The notes below the pieces were generated by a model. The model did no database searches, was not told the DNA's origin, and was given only the letters and a program-made list of their open reading frames with translations. Position numbers and translations under genes: made by a program. A stretch of DNA of 64,000 nucleotides from Bacteroidetes bacterium UBA6161 (GTDB lineage Bacteria > Bacteroidota > Bacteroidia > NS11-12g > UBA955). Numbering within the stretch: the first letter of the stretch is position 1; each line of letters starts with the position of its first letter. Where the stretch lies: positions 30,882 through 94,881 of the forward strand of contig DIUJ01000068.1 of NCBI GenBank assembly GCA_002422315.1. Direction: 5' to 3'. Below are positions 1 to 10,318 of the stretch, piece after piece.

Positions 1-17
1 GCACTACAATAAGAAGT

Positions 18-359
18 GTGCTCTTTCATCATTTTCCCCATTTAGACAAAAAAGCAGCTAAAAAGAGAGAATCTAGGCAGTTTACTATGTTTGACAAGCA
101 GGTAGAAGCTAAACTAAATTGGAAATTAGAAACAATAAGTTTAATTGAGCTTGGAGCAGCACTTTCAGAAGTAAATGCTTTTGGAAGTAAAACCACTAGA
201 AAAGAGATTTGGGAGGCATTGTCAGTGGCCTTTAATGTGAATTTAGAAAGACCAGAAAGTGCCCTTAGCCAATTAAAGCACCGAAAAATAAATCCAACAC
301 GTTTTCTCGATACCCTCAGATATTCAATGATTAAGCTTATTGATAAGAGCCTAGACTAA
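18..359 (+). CDS. hypothetical protein
   Basis: Intact 113-aa ORF directly upstream of the Xis-like HTH gene. No recognisable motif. Confidence 0.35.
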   Translation: MLFHHFPHLDKKAAKKRESRQFTMFDKQVEAKLNWKLETISLIELGAALSEVNAFGSKTTRKEIWEALSVAFNVNLERPESALSQLKHRKINPTRFLDTLRYSMIKLIDKSLD

Positions 360-447
360 AATAAATCGTTAATGAGTCATTAGTGAGTCATTAATTCATT
401 TTTTCGGCAACCCATAGTCTTGCAATCACAAAATAATTGAAAAACGT

Positions 448-756
448 ATGGAAATTATCACAATGGAAAGCAATGCCTACAAGCTCCTGATTCAGAAGCT
501 CGACGAGGTACATGCAGAACTTAAAAAGCTACAAGACCCTGCCAAGGAATTGTCTCGGGAATGGGTAGATGCCTATGATGTTATGAATATGCTGCATATA
601 AGCAGACGTACATTAAGCAAGTACCTGCAATCTGGAAAACTACAGTATTCCAAAATTCAGAACAAAAACTACTTTAGGTTGAAGGACATCGAGGAGTTTT
701 TGATGCATAACCACCGTTCACGTGCTCGTATTAATCAAAATCATCATGGGGCTTAA
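448..756 (+). CDS. helix-turn-helix DNA-binding protein, excisionase/MerR-like (mobile-element Xis-like)
   Basis: 102 aa. The central segment 'DVMNMLHISRRTLSKYLQSGKLQYSKI' is a classic HTH. Position upstream of a primase is typical of Bacteroidetes integrative/mobilizable elements. Confidence 0.55.
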   Translation: MEIITMESNAYKLLIQKLDEVHAELKKLQDPAKELSREWVDAYDVMNMLHISRRTLSKYLQSGKLQYSKIQNKNYFRLKDIEEFLMHNHRSRARINQNHHGA

Positions 757-2827
757 CAAAGAAGAAATATTGCATGCAACAGACCGAGGACTAAAGGTAT
801 TTACTTACTTTCTAAGGTCCAATTATCCTGGCATAAACAAGCCTTTCAAAAATCCTTTTTATGAGGATACCAAAGCTGCTTGCCATGTATATTTTGAAAA
901 AACCAGTAACCAGTATCGCTTTATAGATTTTGGAGACAGTTCCTACAACTGTGATTGCTTTGGTTTTGTGGCTTTGGTATTCAATCTGCAATGCAGCAAT
1001 GCTGAACATTTTTTGCAGGTTATGGAAATTATAGACCGTGAATTAGTGTTAGGTCTGGCAAACAACCACGATAAAATCAGAGAAATTACCAAGCAATTTC
1101 CGGAAGTAAAAGTGGCTTCTGAAATAGAGTCCTTAACTATTGCCGATATGAGAAACAACGTTTCTAAAAAATTCATACCTCCCATGTTTAAGGATTATTC
1201 TCAAACCGAAATTAATTTTTGGGGAATGTATGGCATAGATATGCAAACCCTAAAGAAATACAATGTGGTTTCTTTGCAGCGCTTTTATGGAACAAACAAG
1301 GATGGAAAAGAATACCAAATAGAAAGTGCAGTAGACGAGCCTATGTTTGGGTATCTTGGTAAACGCTTTTTAAAAGTGTATAGACCTCGCTCCAACAATC
1401 GCTTTTATTATTCCGGTGATTTGCACGAAGGCTATTGTTTTGGCTTGAAACAATTGCCATTAAGAGGCGATATTTTATTCATTACCGGAGGAGAAAAGGA
1501 TGTATTGAGTTTGGCTGCAAGGGGATTTAATGCTATTTGCTTTAACTCCGAAACCGTTACTATTCCTAAGAACCTGGTTAGGCGTTTGTCTTTTCGTTTC
1601 AAACATATTGTGCTGATGTACGACAAAGATGAAACAGGCTGCAAGGCAATGGAAAAACAGGTGAACCAACTCAAAGAGTTTGATGTAAAAATGCTGCTAT
1701 TGCCACTTAAAGGAACGCCTCAACAAAAGGATATTAGTGACTTTTTTAAAATAGGACATACTGCCCAGGATTTAATGAAATTATTTCGTGATTTATTGGA
1801 TGTACTGTATGAAGAAACCATGAGTTTGCTGCGAAGCTTTGAGGTGGACTATGACAAGGCACCGGCTGTACCCGAAGCAGTAATAGCTATAAACGAAGTG
1901 CCAATTGGATCTGCGGGTAACCTTATGGCAATTACAGGCCCCGAAGGCAGTGGCAAATCGAATTATTTGGGCGCTGTTTTGGCAGGAACCATGGTTGCGG
2001 AAGGAACAGAAGTAGATACTCTAGGAACAGAAATAGCTAGAAATACTACAGGCAAATCTGTGTTGTATTATGATACGGAACAATCCGAAGAGCAACTTTT
2101 TAAAAACTTACGTCAAATTGTAAGACGTTCGGGAGCATCGAGACCACCTTCCTGGTTCAAAACCTATGGTTTGGTGGGGATGGGAAGAAAAGACCGTTTG
2201 GTAAGCATTCTTCACTCCATGGATAGGTTTTATTATGAACATGGAGGCATTCACCTTGTAGTGATAGATGGTATAGCAGATTTGATAGATGGGGTAAACG
2301 ATGAAGAAAAGTCTGTAGCGCTTATAGACGAGTTGTTTCGGCTTGCCGGTATTTACAAAACGTGTATTTTGTGTGTATTACATTTAAGCCCAAGCGGCTA
2401 TAAGCTTAGGGGGCATTTGGGTTCAGAGATACAACGTAAGGCTGCCGGGATATTGTGTATAGAAAAGGAGGAGGACAAAACCCAATCCCTTGTGAAAGCT
2501 TTAAAAGTAAGAGACGGAAGTCCGTTGGATGTACCTCAAATAATAATGGCTTGGGACGATACACAAAAATTCCATGTATTTGTAGGCGAAAAAGACAAAG
2601 CTCGGCCACAAGAACGCAAGATTGAAGAGCTATCCGACATTGCACGTCATATATTTGAGCGAGAGGAAAGCCTAAACTACATGAAAATCATCTATGAGTT
2701 ACAAGAGCGACTTCATGTTAAAGAAAGGCAAGCCAAAAACTACCTTAAATTTATGCGTGACAACCACATTATCGAAGCTTTGCCAGGGGAAACCAATGTG
2801 TACAAACTGAAAATCCCACCCTTTTAA
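722..2827 (+). CDS. primase-helicase: Cys-cluster zinc-binding region + Toprim + C-terminal P-loop (RepA/DnaB-like) ATPase
   Basis: Cys cluster 'CHVYF...NCDCFGF'. Toprim-like 'ILFITGGEKDVLSLAARGFNAICFNSE'. Walker A 'ITGPEGSGKSNYLG' and Walker B 'HLVVIDGIADLIDG'. The true start is probably the internal Met (MGLNKEE, ~746). Confidence 0.65.
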   Translation: MLVLIKIIMGLNKEEILHATDRGLKVFTYFLRSNYPGINKPFKNPFYEDTKAACHVYFEKTSNQYRFIDFGDSSYNCDCFGFVALVFNLQCSNAEHFLQVMEIIDRELVLGLANNHDKIREITKQFPEVKVASEIESLTIADMRNNVSKKFIPPMFKDYSQTEINFWGMYGIDMQTLKKYNVVSLQRFYGTNKDGKEYQIESAVDEPMFGYLGKRFLKVYRPRSNNRFYYSGDLHEGYCFGLKQLPLRGDILFITGGEKDVLSLAARGFNAICFNSETVTIPKNLVRRLSFRFKHIVLMYDKDETGCKAMEKQVNQLKEFDVKMLLLPLKGTPQQKDISDFFKIGHTAQDLMKLFRDLLDVLYEETMSLLRSFEVDYDKAPAVPEAVIAINEVPIGSAGNLMAITGPEGSGKSNYLGAVLAGTMVAEGTEVDTLGTEIARNTTGKSVLYYDTEQSEEQLFKNLRQIVRRSGASRPPSWFKTYGLVGMGRKDRLVSILHSMDRFYYEHGGIHLVVIDGIADLIDGVNDEEKSVALIDELFRLAGIYKTCILCVLHLSPSGYKLRGHLGSEIQRKAAGILCIEKEEDKTQSLVKALKVRDGSPLDVPQIIMAWDDTQKFHVFVGEKDKARPQERKIEELSDIARHIFEREESLNYMKIIYELQERLHVKERQAKNYLKFMRDNHIIEALPGETNVYKLKIPPF

Positions 2828-3096
2828 TACAAATTTAGAATTTAGTTTTTCTAATACTGAATTTGGATTAACCCTGACACCCTGACGAACCTGCATAGCA
2901 TCTATCAGGTTGTAAGGGTCGTCAGCCCAAAGGGCAAAATAAGCATTAGCGTAATTTGGGTTTAATACGGTATTCGTATGGTTTTAAGGCAAAAGTCTTT
3001 AAACTGTACTACAAGCATCACCTATTTGTCGTAGAAGACCGATAATTTTAGGTGAAAATTGATTTGTTCTGATAAATTTGTCTTCACTTCGCACTT

Positions 3097-3127
3097 AAAA
3101 CCCTGACTTATGTCGGGGTTTTTTGTT
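3097..3127 (+). terminator. rho-independent terminator-like hairpin + T-run after the primase gene
   Basis: 'aaaaccctgac ttat gtcggggtttttt': GC stem followed by a T stretch. Confidence 0.45.
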
Positions 3128-3312
3128 TGCTATGCATTGATATTATCCACATTGACCCTATTTGTCGGAAAATTTTTTGCTTGAATGAGGTAAAGTTGTG
3201 AGATAAAATATATTTTTGAAAACGAAGTGTAAAACAAGTCCTTAGTTATTCACTATTAAAAGAAAACGAAAGTAGTTAAGGTGATTTAGCTAGTTGAATA
3301 GGAAAACAGAAA

Positions 3313-4878
3313 ATGAAACAGAAAAAAGAAGTTAAAGAAAAAGCAATTGAAGTAACCCTTTGGGAAGCTGCAAATAAATTGAGAGGAAGCGTAGAACCAG
3401 CCGAATACAAACACGTTGTATTGGGCCTGATTTTCTTAAAATTTGCAAGCGACAAATTTGAAGAACACCGATCCAAACTCATTGCCGAAGGCAAAGAAAA
3501 ATACATTGAAATGGCAGAGTTCTACAACATGAGCAATGTGTTTTTCTTAGAAGAAATATCCCGTTGGAGCTACATTGTAAAAAAGGCCCGTCAAAATGAT
3601 ATTGCTTTAATCATTGACACTGCACTTCACACAATTGAGAAAGACAATAAATCATTGAAAGGTGCATTGCCCGACAACTATTTTTCACGTTTGGGCTTAG
3701 ATAAAACCAAATTAGCTTCGTTGATTAGTGAAATTGATAGCATCAACACTTTAAAAGACAAAGAACAAGATTTGGTTGGACGTGTTTATGAGTATTTTTT
3801 GAAAAAGTTCGCAATTGCGGAAGGAAAAGGAAAAGGAGAATTTTATACCCCAAAAACGATTGTAAACCTCATTGCTGAAATGATTGAACCGTACAAGGGA
3901 ATCATTTATGACCCTGCTTGTGGTTCAGGTGGTATGTTTGTGCAGTCCATCAAGTTTATTGAAGCGCACCAAGGAAATACCAAAAACATTGCAATTTACG
4001 GACAAGAATACACTAAAACAACCTACAAACTGGCTAAGATGAACTTGGCCATTCGTGGCATATCTGCTAACCTTGGTGAAAAAGATGCCGATACTTTTGC
4101 AGACGACCAACACAAAGATTTAAAAGCCGATTACATCATGGCAAATCCTCCCTTTAATCAAAAAGATTGGAGGGGTGAAAATGAATTGATTGACGACCCA
4201 CGTTGGAGAGGTTATGATGTTCCGCCAAAAAGCAATGCGAATTATGGTTGGATTCTGAACATGGTTTCCAAACTTTCTGACAATGGTGTAGCAGGATTTA
4301 TATTGGCTAACGGTGCATTGAGTGGTGGTGGTGAAGAGTATAAAATTCGTAGAAAACTCATTGAGAATAATTTGGTAGAAGCCATTGTGATTATTCCCCG
4401 AAACACCTTTTATACCACAGATATAAGTGTTACACTTTGGATTCTGAACAAAAACAAAAAAGCAAGAACAGTTGAAATAAACGGTAAACAAAAAAACTAT
4501 CGCGACCGTGAAAAAGAAATCCTGTTTATGGATTTAAGGCGTTGGGGTACAGAATACGAAAAGCAATTCATTGAGCTTCTACCTGAAGACATTGAAAAAG
4601 TGGCTGACAATTACCACAACTGGCAACAAGTAGATTATAAAACAACCTACAAGGATGTACCAGAGTATTGCTACTCGGCTCATTTTAACCAAATACAAGA
4701 AAACGACTTTTCATTAGTGCCAAGTAAATACATTGAATTTGTTGACCGTGATAGCGGCATTGATTTTGATTCTGAAATGAAACGCATACAAAAAGATTTT
4801 AAAACCCTTTTGAAAGAGGAAAAAGAGTCACAAGAACAATTGATTAACGCTTTTAAAGTACTAGGCTATGAACTATAA
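3313..4878 (+). CDS. hsdM: Type I restriction-modification system M subunit (N6-adenine DNA methyltransferase)
   Basis: N-terminal HsdM_N-like region. 'DPACGSGGMF' SAM-binding motif and 'IMANPPFNQ' (NPPF, motif IV). Overlaps hsdS by 11 nt. Confidence 0.9.
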   Translation: MKQKKEVKEKAIEVTLWEAANKLRGSVEPAEYKHVVLGLIFLKFASDKFEEHRSKLIAEGKEKYIEMAEFYNMSNVFFLEEISRWSYIVKKARQNDIALIIDTALHTIEKDNKSLKGALPDNYFSRLGLDKTKLASLISEIDSINTLKDKEQDLVGRVYEYFLKKFAIAEGKGKGEFYTPKTIVNLIAEMIEPYKGIIYDPACGSGGMFVQSIKFIEAHQGNTKNIAIYGQEYTKTTYKLAKMNLAIRGISANLGEKDADTFADDQHKDLKADYIMANPPFNQKDWRGENELIDDPRWRGYDVPPKSNANYGWILNMVSKLSDNGVAGFILANGALSGGGEEYKIRRKLIENNLVEAIVIIPRNTFYTTDISVTLWILNKNKKARTVEINGKQKNYRDREKEILFMDLRRWGTEYEKQFIELLPEDIEKVADNYHNWQQVDYKTTYKDVPEYCYSAHFNQIQENDFSLVPSKYIEFVDRDSGIDFDSEMKRIQKDFKTLLKEEKESQEQLINAFKVLGYEL

Positions 4879-5989
4879 GCGTATAGGCGACTACATACAT
4901 TTAGTGGACAACCGAAATAAAGATTTAGCGGTTTCACTGCTAAGAGGTGTTTCAACAACAAAACAGTTAATTGAGTCTGTTGCGAATATGTCAGGAGTTA
5001 GTTTGCACAATTACAAGGTTGTTGGAAATCGGCAGTTTGTATATGTGTCTGACACATCAAGACGAGGAGATAAAATTGGTGTTGCACTGAATACTGGCGA
5101 ACCTTGCGTAGTTTCAAGTATTTACACAGTGTTTGAAACTGATGAAAATTATTTATTGCCTGAGTATTTGTTCATTTGGTTCAATCGTTCAGAATTTGAC
5201 CGATACACAAGATTTCATTCGTGGGGCAGTGCAAGAGAAACTTTTGATTGGGCTGATATGTGTGAAGTAAAGATTCCTATCCCAGCCATTGACGAACAAC
5301 GAAAATTTGTAGCCCTCTACAACGGTTTATTGACCAACCAAAAAGTGTATCAAAATAGCTTGGATGATTTGCAGTTGATTTGTGACACCTACATTGAAAA
5401 TCTAATAAAAATCGAAGAGCCGAAAACACTTGGAGATTATATTGAGCAATCGGATGAAAGGAATAATGATTTGAAAATTGATAACCTTATAGGAATAAGC
5501 GTGAATAAGGTTTTTATGGAAACCAAATCTAACAAAGATAGACTCGACTTGTCAAATTATAAAATTGTTCGTCCGAGAGAGTTAGGATATGTCTCGGTAA
5601 CCTCAAGAAATGGAGAGAAAATTTCAATAGCAATTTTAGATGGTGAAGCAGGTCTTGTTTCAAGTACTTATACAGTGTTTAGAGTTAAAGACACTTCATT
5701 TTTATTACCTGAATATTTGTTTTTGTTTTTTAAGAGAACTGAATTTGACCGTTACGCTAGATTTAACTCTTGGGGCAGTGCTAGAGAAACATTTGATTGG
5801 GTTGATATGTGTAATGTGAAATTACCCATTCCCGACATCAAAGTACAAGAAGCCATTGTTACCATTTACCATACCTTAGAAACTCGTAAACGGATCAATG
5901 AGCAATTAAAAAACACCATTAAACCACTTTGTCCTGTGTTGATGAGGGGTGTTGTGGGGAGTGTGAAACTTGAAACTGTAAATTCCTAA
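4868..5989 (+). CDS. hsdS: Type I restriction-modification system S (specificity) subunit
   Basis: Two target-recognition halves, each ending in a conserved repeat: 'FDRYTRFHSWGSARETFDWADMCEVKIPIP' and 'FDRYARFNSWGSARETFDWVDMCNVKLPIP'. Confidence 0.9.
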   Translation: MNYKRIGDYIHLVDNRNKDLAVSLLRGVSTTKQLIESVANMSGVSLHNYKVVGNRQFVYVSDTSRRGDKIGVALNTGEPCVVSSIYTVFETDENYLLPEYLFIWFNRSEFDRYTRFHSWGSARETFDWADMCEVKIPIPAIDEQRKFVALYNGLLTNQKVYQNSLDDLQLICDTYIENLIKIEEPKTLGDYIEQSDERNNDLKIDNLIGISVNKVFMETKSNKDRLDLSNYKIVRPRELGYVSVTSRNGEKISIAILDGEAGLVSSTYTVFRVKDTSFLLPEYLFLFFKRTEFDRYARFNSWGSARETFDWVDMCNVKLPIPDIKVQEAIVTIYHTLETRKRINEQLKNTIKPLCPVLMRGVVGSVKLETVNS

Positions 5990-8202
5990 TGATTACATCC
6001 ATAAACATAAAGAATGTAGCAACCTATGACCCAGTGAATGGGGTTGAAATAGATGGTTTAAAAAAAATAAACTTTATCTATGGGGCTAATGGATGTGGTA
6101 AAACAACTTTATCAAACTTTTTGCTGTATCCTGGTGATACGAAATTTGCTAATTGTGTTTTAAACTGGGAGAATCAAACTCCACTCAATACTTTAGTTTA
6201 CAACAAAGAGTTTAGAGAACAGAACTTTGGCAAAGGTAAATTGAATGGAGTATTTACACTTGGACAGGCTACAAAAGAGGAAATTAAGGTCATTGAAGAA
6301 AAAACAGATCAACTAAAAACGATAAAAGATGATGGGCAAAAAAAGCGTGAAACACTAAACGTTCAAAAAAAGAAAAGAGAGGATTTAGAAAAAGAATTTA
6401 CTGAAAGTTGTTGGAAGAAAATCTATAAAAAGTATGATCAAGAATTTAAGGAAGCCTTTGTTGGTTCAATGAGATCTGGAGAGTTATTCAAAAATAGGTT
6501 ACTTCAAGAATTTGAGAATAACTCTGCTACTCTAATAACTTTAGAAGAGCTAAGAGAAAAGGCGAAAACAATTTTTGGAGAAGTTCCACAAAATATATTA
6601 TCCATAAGCGAAATTAATTATGACAGAATAATTGAAATCGAAGGTAATACAATTTGGGCAAAAATTATTGTTGGGAAAGCTGATGTAGATATTGCCAAAT
6701 TAATTCAAAAATTGAATATAACCGATTGGGTCAACCAAGGAAGAACTTATATACAAGAAGAGGTTGAAACTTGCCCATTTTGCCAACAAAAAACAATTAC
6801 AGATGATTTCAAAAATCAATTAGAAAGCTTTTTTGATGAAACTTATTTAACAGATATAAAATCACTTAAAGAATTAAAACAAGAATACAATTCATTGACT
6901 CAAAACATTATCAATGAGCTAAACGAAATTGAAACAAACCAAAAGAACTTTACAGGCTCTAAATTGAATATAGATAAGTTTTCAGCTTATCTAAAAACAT
7001 TAATAAGTCAGATTACGACCAATAGTGAATTTTTAAACAACAAATTAAAAGAACCAAGCAGAAGTATTGAATTAATATCACTCAACGAACAACTTGACTT
7101 GATAAATGATTTAATAAAAATTGCCAATGCAGAAATCAAAAAACACAACGATATAGTACTCAATTTCAATACTGAAAAAAGTACATTGATACAATCAATA
7201 TGGAAATTCATTATAGAAGAATTTAGAAACGAAATTACAAAGTATAACACTGATAAAAACGGGCTAGACTCTGGAATTTTGGCATTACAAACTCAATTAA
7301 CTACTAAGCTCACTGAACACGGTACGTTAAAAGCTGAAATCCAAAATTTAAGCAAAAACGTTACAAGTATTCAGCCAACTGTGGATGAAATCAATAGACT
7401 TTTGAAATCCTATGGTTTTCTAAACTTTGAAATTGTACCCACAGCGGAAAATGGATTTTATCAAATTCAACGTGAAGATGGTGAAATTGCTGAAGACACT
7501 CTAAGTGAAGGTGAAATTACGTTTATTACTTTTTTGTATTATTTGCAACGTGCTAAAGGAGGTGAAACAGAAGAATCGGTTAATGAAGAAAGAATCTTAG
7601 TTATTGATGACCCCATTTCTAGTTTAGATAGTAATGTGTTGTTTGTAGTAAGCACATTGATCAAGGAAATAATCAAAACTGTAAAATCAGAGACGGGAAA
7701 TATCAAACAGATTATTCTTCTTACCCACAATGTTTATTTTCATAAAGAAGTTTCTTACGAAGGATTGAACAGAAAAGGTGAGAAATCTCAATTTTGGATT
7801 TTACGTAAGAATAACAAAGTTTCTACAGTCCATTATTATGCTGATAAAAATCCAATTCAATCATCTTATGAACTACTCTGGCGAGAAATCAAGGAATGGG
7901 AAAACAATTCAGGTATAACCATTCAAAATACATTAAGAAGAATACTTGAAAACTATTTCAGCATTTTGGGAAGTAAACGAGATGATGTTTTAATCAATAA
8001 ATTTTCAAATCAAGAAGAAAGAGAAATATGCAGGTCTTTATTGAGTTGGGCAAACGAAGGTTCTCATACGTTACCAGATGATTTGTTTATTGAAGCTCCA
8101 GACGGTACGATAACTAAGTATTTAGATGTGTTTAAGAATATTTTTAATCACACAGAAAATATTGGTCATTATAATATGATGATGGAATTAGAAAGCGATT
8201 GA
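5989..8202 (+). CDS. Rad50/SMC-like ABC ATPase with CxxC zinc hook (AAA_13-type), RloC/PrrC-like putative anticodon nuclease
   Basis: Walker A 'GANGCGKTT'. 'CPFCQQ' sits ahead of a long coiled-coil insert. Signature-like 'LSEGE', Walker B/D-loop 'ILVIDDPISSLD' and H-loop 'LLTHN'. C-terminal 'R-x3-E ... H' (TLRRILEN...EGSHTL) resembles the PrrC ACNase triad. Start overlaps the hsdS stop (TAATG). Confidence 0.55.
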   Translation: MITSINIKNVATYDPVNGVEIDGLKKINFIYGANGCGKTTLSNFLLYPGDTKFANCVLNWENQTPLNTLVYNKEFREQNFGKGKLNGVFTLGQATKEEIKVIEEKTDQLKTIKDDGQKKRETLNVQKKKREDLEKEFTESCWKKIYKKYDQEFKEAFVGSMRSGELFKNRLLQEFENNSATLITLEELREKAKTIFGEVPQNILSISEINYDRIIEIEGNTIWAKIIVGKADVDIAKLIQKLNITDWVNQGRTYIQEEVETCPFCQQKTITDDFKNQLESFFDETYLTDIKSLKELKQEYNSLTQNIINELNEIETNQKNFTGSKLNIDKFSAYLKTLISQITTNSEFLNNKLKEPSRSIELISLNEQLDLINDLIKIANAEIKKHNDIVLNFNTEKSTLIQSIWKFIIEEFRNEITKYNTDKNGLDSGILALQTQLTTKLTEHGTLKAEIQNLSKNVTSIQPTVDEINRLLKSYGFLNFEIVPTAENGFYQIQREDGEIAEDTLSEGEITFITFLYYLQRAKGGETEESVNEERILVIDDPISSLDSNVLFVVSTLIKEIIKTVKSETGNIKQIILLTHNVYFHKEVSYEGLNRKGEKSQFWILRKNNKVSTVHYYADKNPIQSSYELLWREIKEWENNSGITIQNTLRRILENYFSILGSKRDDVLINKFSNQEEREICRSLLSWANEGSHTLPDDLFIEAPDGTITKYLDVFKNIFNHTENIGHYNMMMELESD

Positions 8203-8239
8203 GCCCAACACAATATTGAATAATTAGAATAAAAGGATT

Positions 8240-9109
8240 ATGAATAACAAAGACATGATATTTAACATTTACTACGTGAACTTCCCAAAAGTTTACGAAA
8301 TAAAAATGATGCTCAACAACATGATTCTTTCTGGACAACAAATAGAGAAAGGTAAAAGTGTTGAGGGAGAAGCATACTTAAAAACAAAATTGGGCTTCAA
8401 TATCATGGACATTTTTAAACTTGGTGATGCGGAAGCAGGTGGAAACATTAAGGGTGCTGGTTCTAAAAAAGTTTTAGAAACCTTTGAAATAAAAACAACT
8501 AAATCAGTAATTCTAAACGAAATTGTTGAAAAGAGTAATAAGATTTCGGATTTAAAAAATATCAAAGAAGGAGAATTGATTCAAATTAATAATGTAAATC
8601 TATCGCTTGAAAATGAAGCGGAACTCAGAACAGTAAAATTGTTTACAAGCGGTTCTTTTAAAGGTCTTTCATTACCAGATACAAATGGTCTTGATATTAA
8701 CAACCTTTTCAATTCCATGTTTAAAGATTATGCTTATAAAATGAAAGGTTCATTAGACGGTTCAGAGGATGATTTGCTTGTGAAAATACCTTTCACTTTT
8801 GAGAACGAGTTTGAAAGTTCTTATAGTGTTGACGACCTCTTTATTGGTAAAGTCTCAATAATAGGTTTATACAAGGGAAAAATAAAAATTGACCAACTCC
8901 GTAATTCATTTGAATTTTATAAAGATTTGGGCGAATTAACTCAACTTCAAAATACTGGTGTAACAAGTAAAAATGAAGAAATTCAAGACAGCCAGTATAA
9001 AAAGGAAGATGTAAAGGATAATTTTTTTGCCAGTTCAAAATTTAGCGATAAAGAATTCCATTATATAGATCTTTTAGCCATTGTTCAAAATATTAGCATT
9101 CCTGAATAA
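8240..9109 (+). CDS. hypothetical protein (unknown function, inside the hsd operon)
   Basis: Intact 289-aa ORF, 38 nt after the RloC-like gene and 9 nt before the AAA+ gene. No recognisable motif. Confidence 0.5.
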   Translation: MNNKDMIFNIYYVNFPKVYEIKMMLNNMILSGQQIEKGKSVEGEAYLKTKLGFNIMDIFKLGDAEAGGNIKGAGSKKVLETFEIKTTKSVILNEIVEKSNKISDLKNIKEGELIQINNVNLSLENEAELRTVKLFTSGSFKGLSLPDTNGLDINNLFNSMFKDYAYKMKGSLDGSEDDLLVKIPFTFENEFESSYSVDDLFIGKVSIIGLYKGKIKIDQLRNSFEFYKDLGELTQLQNTGVTSKNEEIQDSQYKKEDVKDNFFASSKFSDKEFHYIDLLAIVQNISIPE

Positions 9110-9118
9110 TATAAAATT

Positions 9119-10318
9119 ATGGAAAAGGAGTTAACATATTTTGAGCGAATAGATTTCAACGAGTTCAGAGAGCTAAAAGAATCTGAAGGTTTTCTTATTG
9201 AAAGCATTTCAGATTATATAAAAGACAAAAATTTAATCGAACAAATTGATCCGCTCAATGTAATAATTGATATAACCGCATTATCTGGTTATTCAGCATC
9301 AATGCAAGCCTTTTCTGAAGAATTATTAATACCCTTTGACGATTCTATATTATTTATTGCTGATATTAAACACGAAGAAACCTTCAACTACGAACTAAGA
9401 TATTGCTTTACAAAAATTGATTACTGGAAATCTAAAAAAGACAAATCAGACGATAAAGTTGAGAATACAAATAAATCAAAAAGTAAGCACAAGAAAATAA
9501 CTGACCTATCAGAGGATGAGTTAGGGGTCTTCTTTCAAGAATTTAGAAAAAGTCTTTATGGACATGAAAAATTCAAAGATGATTTTTTTGATTTAACCAA
9601 GACTTTTAGGGTTTTCAATGGAATTAGGGAGCATAAAATATTATCACTTTTTTTACTTGGGGAATCAGGCGTTGGAAAAACGGAAGTTGCTAACTCTATT
9701 TACAAATGCTTGGGCGGAATGAAGAAACTTGCTAAAGTTAATTTCGGGAATTACAGTAGTGAGTTTTCATTAAGTTCACTTATAGGAAGTGCGCGAGGGT
9801 ATATCGGAAGTGATGATGGAGAAATATTTATCAGAGTTAGAGATACTGATATAGGAGTAATATTAATTGATGAATTTGAGAAGTCAAATGCAACTCTTTT
9901 TAACTACTTTTTAGATGTATTGGAAAGCGGTAAACTAGTCAGCTCTTTAGCTGAAGAAATTGACTTAGATGGCTTCATAATAGTTTTCACTTCAAATATT
10001 AGCAAAGAGGACTTTTCAAATAAGATTTCTCCAGAGCTAAGATCAAGGTTCGACTACAAATGTCAATTTACCTTACTCTATAATGAGGACAAGAAAAAAT
10101 ATGTTGAATTTAGGGTGAATAGTATTGTTAGAAAGGTAAATGAGAAATATAAAATACAATTAGAAGAGAACTTACATGAACGTTTTTTAACTCAAATCAA
10201 TGTTTCTGATTACAATAACATGAGAGATTTAAATAAAAAAATCAAAACAGTATTTGTTGATTATGTTACAAGCGAGAAATTAGCATTGCATGAACTCGAA
10301 AAAGAAATAAGCGAATAA
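9119..10318 (+). CDS. ClpA/ClpB D2-like (AAA_2-type) AAA+ ATPase with unknown ~170-aa N-terminal domain
   Basis: Walker A 'LLGESGVGKTEVANS'. 'VILIDEFEKSNATLFNYFLDVLESGKL' parallels ClpB D2 '[27 protein letters not shown]', and 'IIVFTSN' parallels the ClpB sensor region. Stop overlaps the hsdR start (TAATG). Confidence 0.6.
   Translation: MEKELTYFERIDFNEFRELKESEGFLIESISDYIKDKNLIEQIDPLNVIIDITALSGYSASMQAFSEELLIPFDDSILFIADIKHEETFNYELRYCFTKIDYWKSKKDKSDDKVENTNKSKSKHKKITDLSEDELGVFFQEFRKSLYGHEKFKDDFFDLTKTFRVFNGIREHKILSLFLLGESGVGKTEVANSIYKCLGGMKKLAKVNFGNYSSEFSLSSLIGSARGYIGSDDGEIFIRVRDTDIGVILIDEFEKSNATLFNYFLDVLESGKLVSSLAEEIDLDGFIIVFTSNISKEDFSNKISPELRSRFDYKCQFTLLYNEDKKKYVEFRVNSIVRKVNEKYKIQLEENLHERFLTQINVSDYNNMRDLNKKIKTVFVDYVTSEKLALHELEKEISE

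Noticed and set aside
2870-3060. Possible small RNA or att site in the 485-bp gap between the primase and hsdM ('ccctgacaccctgacga...cgtcagccc')
   Set aside because: Only a weak imperfect inverted repeat. There is no tRNA-like structure or convincing promoter. The terminator hairpin at 3097-3127 is reported instead.
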